Virus record (IMG/VR): IMGVR_UViG_3300036399_001267
Direction: 5' to 3' (one strand)
Length of the DNA stretch: 64,000 bases
Source: an uncultured virus (IMG/VR IMGVR_UViG_3300036399_001267)
Taxonomy: Duplodnaviria; Heunggongvirae; Uroviricota; Caudoviricetes
The translations under genes and the position numbers were made by a program. Of the stretch, positions 57,831 to 64,000 are shown piece after piece (the first letter of the stretch is position 1; every line of letters begins with the position of its first letter). Below the pieces are notes generated by a model that saw only the letters and a program-made list of their open reading frames with translations, did no database searches and had not been told where the DNA came from.

Positions 57831-58600
57831 TTAGTTTAAACGATTTATTATTAGAAGCCAAACTTCCTCAAAGCGAGCAAGATATGGATCTTTATGCTCG
57901 TAAATACAAAAAAACAATAGATTATTTACGTACCAAGAACAAAGTACTATTGCTTACAACCAGTAATAGATGGAGTGGTCACAAAGACGATATTGCTAAA
58001 AGTACACAACTTGCATTTAAAATACAAGAATTATTAGGCAAAGAAAAAGTAACTTTGATTGATACAACCAAATTAAATATAGTTCCGTGTGAGGGCAATG
58101 TATCGTCAAAATGGGGAAATCATTGTGGTACAAAAGATTCATCTTTAAAAGATAAAGAAAAAAACCCAACAGGAGAACATCGTTGTTGGGCTAGTATAAA
58201 TAATAAAAGCGATGAATTGTGGAAAATAAGTAAAGAATTATTTGAAAGCGATGTTGTTTTATTTTTTGCTAGTGTAAGATGGGGACAAGCTAATGGTTTT
58301 TATCAGAAATTAATTGAAAGATTGACTTGGATTGAGAACCGACATTCTACTTTGGGTGAAAGCAATATAGTAAAAGATATAGATTCAGGATTCATTGCAA
58401 CTGGACAAAATTGGAATGGCAAAGATGTTACACAAACACAAAAAGAAGTACTTCAGTTTTTTGGATTCAAAACACCAGACCAATTATTTTGGAATTGGCA
58501 ATTTACTGATAATAGTTTAGACGAAACTAAGAGTTCTTACAAAAAAGCAATTACTGTATTTGATAAAACATTTTTAAAACCATATGATAAGACTAAATAA
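57827..58600 (+). CDS. Flavodoxin-fold protein (NADPH-dependent FMN reductase/iron-sulfur flavoprotein-like)
   Basis: LLTTSNR...KST, PCEG...C...C and SDVVLFFASVRWG...KLIERL motifs. Confidence 0.75.
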   Translation: MISLNDLLLEAKLPQSEQDMDLYARKYKKTIDYLRTKNKVLLLTTSNRWSGHKDDIAKSTQLAFKIQELLGKEKVTLIDTTKLNIVPCEGNVSSKWGNHCGTKDSSLKDKEKNPTGEHRCWASINNKSDELWKISKELFESDVVLFFASVRWGQANGFYQKLIERLTWIENRHSTLGESNIVKDIDSGFIATGQNWNGKDVTQTQKEVLQFFGFKTPDQLFWNWQFTDNSLDETKSSYKKAITVFDKTFLKPYDKTK

Positions 58601-59618
58601 CATTTTAAGTGAGGTAATACAAGAAGGCGGCGCAGGTGGACATATGGCACATCCATTTGATTTTGTAAATACTGGCGCTAAATTGGTAGATGTATTTGCG
58701 AAAGCAGTAAAGTCTCTGAAGCAAGGCGCCGGTAGTGTAAAGATTGACGGTGTTAATGCAAGTATCCGTATGGTAAACGGTCAATTTGTAATGGATCGTG
58801 GATCAGCAAAACCACTTGATATCAAAGGAATGAGACCTGAAGATTTGGAGACAAGATTTGGAACCGGTCACGGATTTGTTAATATAGGTACTAAAGTTAT
58901 CAATATTTTTGATGCTGCAATTCCATCCACAAGATCCGAATTGAAAACGCTTGGGTTACTAGATAATCCTAATATACTATTCAACATTGAATATGTAGAG
59001 GGACAAACAAATGTGTTGGGATATGGTGAAATTGGAAACTTTTTAGCTATCCACGGATTAAAAGAAATTAAACCAAAAACATTTGGTAAAGACGGAAGTG
59101 TTAAATCAAGAGAAGCTGTTGAAATACCATATGATAAAACCGCAATGCAGTCTTATATAAACAAATTAAATAAGGTTGCTATGAAAAGTGGTTTTAAGGT
59201 ATTGGGTAGCATTGACACTACTTTCAAATCAGAACCAAAACTAGCAAGCGTTTTGACGCAACAAGTTACATTGTATCCCACTGGCGAAGCTGTAACTAAG
59301 TCTTTGAAAGATTGGTTAAAAGGATTAAAGTTTAAAACTCCTCTTATTACCCGTGAACAATTTTTAAAAGCGGTAGATAGTAAGAATATCAGTCAAGATT
59401 TTCCAGGTCAAGATGTAAATAAAATAGTTAATGATACTATTGTTTATTTAACCACAATTAAATTGGGAGATGAAATATTAAAAAATGCTACCAGTGAAAT
59501 TGGAGACTTGGAAAAACACGAAGGTATAGTTGTGAGAGACTCAAGTATTTATGGCAATCCATTTAAAATTACAGGAAGTTTTATTATAAAAGGTCTCGGC
59601 AGTAAGTTTAAGAAATAA
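58584..59618 (+). CDS. Hypothetical protein with nucleotidyltransferase (ligase-like) motifs
   Basis: GHMAHPFD, VKIDG (KxDG), NIEY, EGIVVR and FKITG motifs. Confidence 0.6.
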   Translation: MIRLNNILSEVIQEGGAGGHMAHPFDFVNTGAKLVDVFAKAVKSLKQGAGSVKIDGVNASIRMVNGQFVMDRGSAKPLDIKGMRPEDLETRFGTGHGFVNIGTKVINIFDAAIPSTRSELKTLGLLDNPNILFNIEYVEGQTNVLGYGEIGNFLAIHGLKEIKPKTFGKDGSVKSREAVEIPYDKTAMQSYINKLNKVAMKSGFKVLGSIDTTFKSEPKLASVLTQQVTLYPTGEAVTKSLKDWLKGLKFKTPLITREQFLKAVDSKNISQDFPGQDVNKIVNDTIVYLTTIKLGDEILKNATSEIGDLEKHEGIVVRDSSIYGNPFKITGSFIIKGLGSKFKK

Positions 59619-59636
59619 ATTAAATACGTATTTGTT

Positions 59637-60278
59637 ATGAAGAAAGCATCAGGTAAAAGTAATCTAGGCATTGTTAAAGATTACCTAGAAGGTAATCGTC
59701 CATTCGTACAAGTTGGCTATGATGCCAATTTGGAGAACAATAAACGCAAAGAAGGTGAAGAATGGGAGGACGGTCAAGGCAGAAAATGGGTTTGGAAAAA
59801 TGGAAGCAAACGTAGAATTTCAAAACGTGCTACCATTATCAATGAACAACGTTGTAAATGTTGTAATATGGATGTTCGTTGGGGTAATTATTTGGATGAT
59901 CGTGTGTGGCCAAAAACAGGATATTGTTATGATTGTTTTATCAATTTTCAAACTGAACTAAAAATGATGGGAATGTTTGAAGTATATAACGAACTACAGG
60001 ATCTTAAAAACGAACGTAGTATTTTAGAAGACTATAAAAGAAAGTTTGAAGAAAGTCAAACGTTCTGTCAAAAAAATCAAGGCAAACCAGTTGAATTCTT
60101 AGAAGAAGATGGTTCATTTGAACGATGGGAAGGTGTTCAAGATTATACTAAAATTCTTGAAGATGTAACCAATGATTTAGTTAAAATCAACGTAGGTTTG
60201 GCAGAGATTAATGTTAAAATAAAAGAGTACGAAGAAAAGTATGAGTCAGCCAAATCTCAGAGAAATAATAAAAAGTGA
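59637..60278 (+). CDS. Zn-finger-containing hypothetical protein upstream of the terminase
   Basis: CKCC...CYDC motif and coiled-coil C-terminus. Confidence 0.7.
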   Translation: MKKASGKSNLGIVKDYLEGNRPFVQVGYDANLENNKRKEGEEWEDGQGRKWVWKNGSKRRISKRATIINEQRCKCCNMDVRWGNYLDDRVWPKTGYCYDCFINFQTELKMMGMFEVYNELQDLKNERSILEDYKRKFEESQTFCQKNQGKPVEFLEEDGSFERWEGVQDYTKILEDVTNDLVKINVGLAEINVKIKEYEEKYESAKSQRNNKK

Positions 60279-61830
60279 GTATAAGAAGTGTATAGAAGAT
60301 CCTATATACTTCATGAAAAAATACGTCAAGATTCAACATCCTATTAGAGGTACTGTTGGATTTGAATTGTATCCATTTCAAGAAGACGCTTTACAAGACT
60401 TCGTTGATAATCAATTAAACATTGTTCTTAAGAGTCGTCAGATGGGTATTAGTACTCTTACTGCGGCTTATAGTTTGTGGTTAATGACGTTTCATAACGA
60501 TAAGAATATTCTTTGTATTAGTATTACCCAAGAAACTGCAAAAGAAATTGTTACTAAAGTTAGATTTGCTAATGACAATTTACCAAGTTGGTTGAAAGTT
60601 CCTTGTGTAGAAGATAATAGATTATCATTGCGTTTAAAGAATGGTTCTCAAATCAAAGCAGTATCATCTGCCGGCACAGCAGGTCGTTCATCTGCACTAT
60701 CATTACTAATCATTGATGAAGCTGCATTTATCGATGGCATTGAAGAAATTTGGCTATCCGCTCAATATACATTGAGTACTGGTGGTAGAGCTATTATATT
60801 GAGTACTCCAAATGGCGTTGGCAATTTCTTCCACAAAACTTGGGTCGAAGCTGAAGAAGGAAAGAATAACTTCAAGACTATAAGATTACCATGGCATTTG
60901 CATCCAGAAAGAGATCAAGCTTGGAGAGATAAACAGACAGAATTATCCGGTGTAAAAGGTGCAGCGCAAGAATGTGATTGTGACTTTAGTACATCTGGTA
61001 ATCAAGTTGTTAGTGTAGAGGTTCTTGAGTTTTATAAACAAACGTATCTAAAAGATCCTGTAGAAAAACGTGGTAATAATCAAGATTTATGGATTTGGGA
61101 TTATCCTAATTATACCAAAAACTACATATTGACGGCGGACTGTGCTAGAGGAGACGGAGGAGATTTTAGTGCATTTCATGTTATTGATATTGAAACCATG
61201 GAACAAGTGGCTGAATATAAAGGTCAGTTAACTACAAAAGATTATGGCAATTTATTGGTTAGTGTAGCTACCGAATATAACAATGCTTTGTTAGTGGTAG
61301 AAAATAATAACGTAGGTTGGGGAACTCTTCAACAGATTATAGATAGAGACTATCAAAATACATTTTACAGTGCAACAGATCTTACTATTGTAGACGTAGA
61401 GAAATCTTATAGCAATAAGTTACATGCACAAGATAAAAAATTGGTAGCTGGATTTACAACGACCAGTAAAAATAGACCATTAATAGTAAGTAATTTGGAG
61501 TTATTTTTTAGACAAAAACAAGTGATTATGAAGTCTAAAAGATTGTATGAAGAATTGAACGTGTTTATTTGGAATGGTCCAAAAGCAGAAGCGATGCGGG
61601 GTTATAATGACGATTTGGTTATGTCTATAGGCATTGGATTGTGGGTACGAGAAACTGCATTGAGGCTTAGAAATGATCAAATCGCTTATAACAAAGCTAT
61701 GATTTCTAAGATATCGAAAGTAACTAGTCCGGTTACTGTTCAGAAAGATGTAAGTCCTATTGCGGACCATCACAAAACCATGGAATTTACGGTAAACGAT
61801 AAAAAAGAAAGTTTAACTTGGTTATTGTAA
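60241..61830 (+). CDS. Terminase large subunit (T4 gp17-like)
   Basis: KSRQMGIST, IIDEAAF, STPNG and nuclease motifs ADCARG...NDDLVM. Confidence 0.95.
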   Translation: MSQPNLREIIKSEYKKCIEDPIYFMKKYVKIQHPIRGTVGFELYPFQEDALQDFVDNQLNIVLKSRQMGISTLTAAYSLWLMTFHNDKNILCISITQETAKEIVTKVRFANDNLPSWLKVPCVEDNRLSLRLKNGSQIKAVSSAGTAGRSSALSLLIIDEAAFIDGIEEIWLSAQYTLSTGGRAIILSTPNGVGNFFHKTWVEAEEGKNNFKTIRLPWHLHPERDQAWRDKQTELSGVKGAAQECDCDFSTSGNQVVSVEVLEFYKQTYLKDPVEKRGNNQDLWIWDYPNYTKNYILTADCARGDGGDFSAFHVIDIETMEQVAEYKGQLTTKDYGNLLVSVATEYNNALLVVENNNVGWGTLQQIIDRDYQNTFYSATDLTIVDVEKSYSNKLHAQDKKLVAGFTTTSKNRPLIVSNLELFFRQKQVIMKSKRLYEELNVFIWNGPKAEAMRGYNDDLVMSIGIGLWVRETALRLRNDQIAYNKAMISKISKVTSPVTVQKDVSPIADHHKTMEFTVNDKKESLTWLL

Positions 61831-61853
61831 ATACTTATATAATAGAATAATAT

Positions 61854-63752
61854 ATGGCAGATCAATCATTTCAGGAATTAAGAAATCGTTCATTATTTGC
61901 ACGTTTGAAACGTTTGTTTTCAAACGATGTAATTGTTCGTAATATCGGCGGTAAAAAATTAAAGGTAATTGATACCGATGAAATTCAGTATGCTACAGAT
62001 CGTAATAGTTTAAGAGATCGTTTTAATAGATTACGTACTACATCATATAATCAATATACAAGAGATTTCAACCTATCATATCAAAGTAGTCGTGTAGAAC
62101 TATTTCGTGATTATGATACCATGGATATGGATCCAATTCTTGCATCCGCACTTGACATTTATGCAGATGAATGTACAACCAGAAATGAAATGGGTGATAT
62201 TTTACAGATTAAATCTACCAATGACGAAATCAAGAATATTCTTCATAATTTATTCTATGATATTCTAAACATTGAATTCAACTTGTGGAGTTGGACACGT
62301 TGTATGGTTAAGTACGGAGATTTTTATCTTCGTTTACACATTAGTCCAGAATACGGCGTATATATGGTTGAACCATTGAGTACCTATTATGTTACCCGTG
62401 TTGAAAATGCACATATAACTAATAAAAATTTTGTTAAATTCCAAGTTAATCTTCCATATGGAAATAAGTTAGAAGATTTAGAAAACTACCAAATTGCACA
62501 TTTTAGATTATTGAGTGATAGCAATTTCTTGCCATATGGTAAGAGTATGTTGGAAGGCGCTCGTCGTGTTTGGAAACAATTAAGTTTGATGGAAGACGCA
62601 ATGTTAATTCATCGTATCATGCGCGCTCCAGAAAAGAGAATTTTCAAAGTTGATATTGGTAATATTCCTCCAAATGAAGTTGATAATCATATGGAACGAA
62701 TAATGACCCAAATGAAAAAGACTCCATATTTGGATCAACAAACAGGCGATTACAATTTACGTTTCAACCTACAAAACATGGTTGAAGACTTCTTCTTGCC
62801 AGTTCGTGGAAGTGATAGTGGTACTAGTATTGATAATTTACCAGGTCTTGAATGGACCGGTACAGACGATATTGAATATCTTCGTAATAAGATGATGGCT
62901 GCACTCAAGATTCCAAAAGCATTCTTGGGTTATGATGAATCTTTGAGCGGTAAAGCTACTCTTGCGGCTGAAGATATTCGTTTTGCACGTACAATTCAAC
63001 GTATTCAAAGAATTATTGTTAGTGAACTGAATAAGATCGCTGTCATTCATTTATATTCACAAGGATACCGTGATGAATCTTTAGTAGACTTTACACTAGA
63101 ATTGACAAATCCATCTACAATCTTTGAAAAAGAAAAGATCGATGTTTGGAAGAGCAAAGTTGAAGTCTCCAAAGACATGCAAGAAAATAAATTTTTTAGT
63201 AAAAAGTGGATTTATGAAAATGTATTTGGTTTAAGTGACCAAGACATGATTGATTTGCAAAAGCAATTGGTTGATGATGCTAAGGGCACATATAGATTTA
63301 AACAGATCGAAGAAGAAGGTAACGATCCAGCAATTAAATTCTTACAATCTAAAGACGAAGGTGATGGAGACGCTGGGGCCAGTCCAACAGATGGAGCCGC
63401 TGACACAGAAGCAGCCGATACAACGCCTCCAACAGAAAAACCACCCGGTGAGAGCAAGCCAGCTGATAAACAAAGCAAACCTAGTGAGTCGCCAGCAAAA
63501 TTAGCGGAAAGAGATCAAACTGGAAGAAAAGATGCTAGTAAATATCCATTCGGAGAAGACCCATTAGGCGGTTTGGAAAATAATAGAAAGTCTGATTTAT
63601 CCGTAACACATAAATACAAAAACAAATCTCCATTATCATTGGAGTCGCTAAAAGGTTTGAGTGATTTGTTAAATACAGTTGAGGATGAAAAGAAAATTTT
63701 GAGAGAAGGTGAGGAAAAATCTTATATGGACGAAATAAATATAAAAGAATAA
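61854..63752 (+). CDS. Portal protein (T4 gp20-like)
   Basis: MEDAMLIHRIMRAPEKRIFKVDIGN, EDFFLPVRG and ALKIPK motifs. Confidence 0.95.
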   Translation: MADQSFQELRNRSLFARLKRLFSNDVIVRNIGGKKLKVIDTDEIQYATDRNSLRDRFNRLRTTSYNQYTRDFNLSYQSSRVELFRDYDTMDMDPILASALDIYADECTTRNEMGDILQIKSTNDEIKNILHNLFYDILNIEFNLWSWTRCMVKYGDFYLRLHISPEYGVYMVEPLSTYYVTRVENAHITNKNFVKFQVNLPYGNKLEDLENYQIAHFRLLSDSNFLPYGKSMLEGARRVWKQLSLMEDAMLIHRIMRAPEKRIFKVDIGNIPPNEVDNHMERIMTQMKKTPYLDQQTGDYNLRFNLQNMVEDFFLPVRGSDSGTSIDNLPGLEWTGTDDIEYLRNKMMAALKIPKAFLGYDESLSGKATLAAEDIRFARTIQRIQRIIVSELNKIAVIHLYSQGYRDESLVDFTLELTNPSTIFEKEKIDVWKSKVEVSKDMQENKFFSKKWIYENVFGLSDQDMIDLQKQLVDDAKGTYRFKQIEEEGNDPAIKFLQSKDEGDGDAGASPTDGAADTEAADTTPPTEKPPGESKPADKQSKPSESPAKLAERDQTGRKDASKYPFGEDPLGGLENNRKSDLSVTHKYKNKSPLSLESLKGLSDLLNTVEDEKKILREGEEKSYMDEINIKE

Positions 63753-63804
63753 CACAATTCCTATATATTTACATAGTTGATCTATATTTATAAATAATAA
63801 TAAT

Positions 63805-64000
63805 ATGCACAAGAAAGCAAAACATTCAAAATTCAAGAATGCTGGAATATTGTTTGAGCTTCTTACACGCCAAATAACTGCGGACATTTTGGCGGGTAGA
63901 GACGAATCGTTTACTAAAAATTTAATGTTTAAATACTTCCACGAAAGTAAAGAACTTGGTAAAGAAGCACAACTATACAATTTCATACTTCAACAATCCA
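63805..64000 (+). CDS. Hypothetical protein, truncated by the window end
   Basis: MHKKAKHSKFKNAGILFELLTRQITAD... open to the end; preceded by TATTTAT. Confidence 0.75.
   Translation, partial: MHKKAKHSKFKNAGILFELLTRQITADILAGRDESFTKNLMFKYFHESKELGKEAQLYNFILQQS

Noticed and set aside
59637..60278. Calling this ORF the small terminase subunit
   Set aside because: Only its position supports the call; no recognisable TerS motif
60241..63752. Intein or intron in the terminase or portal gene
   Set aside because: Both ORFs are continuous and of ordinary length, with no intein or homing-endonuclease motifs visible

Overview
A 64 kb AT-rich segment of a large T4-like myophage genome (probably a jumbo phage) in the standard genetic code, with almost all genes on the + strand. 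Left end (1-8.3 kb): 18 tRNA genes with encoded CCA, a tmRNA, an unassigned structured RNA, an outer-membrane beta-barrel gene and a trypsin-like protease. Middle: PhoH, Ser/Gly-rich tail-fibre-like proteins, Hsp20, a gp55-like late sigma factor and a baseplate/spike module (about 20.8-39 kb). Right: a RuvC-like resolvase, primase, a fused SbcD-SbcC (gp47-gp46) nuclease, a 9 kb glycosylation/methylation cluster with two TibC/Aah-like heptosyltransferase domains, a very large tail sheath, the large terminase and the portal. The most striking unexplained signal is an attenuator-like leader at 4873-4990 (short ORF plus mutually exclusive 1:2, 2:3 and 3:4 hairpins) directly upstream of the main tRNA array, and most of its codons are read by the tRNAs downstream. 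All calls come from reading motifs by eye; no database search or folding program was run.
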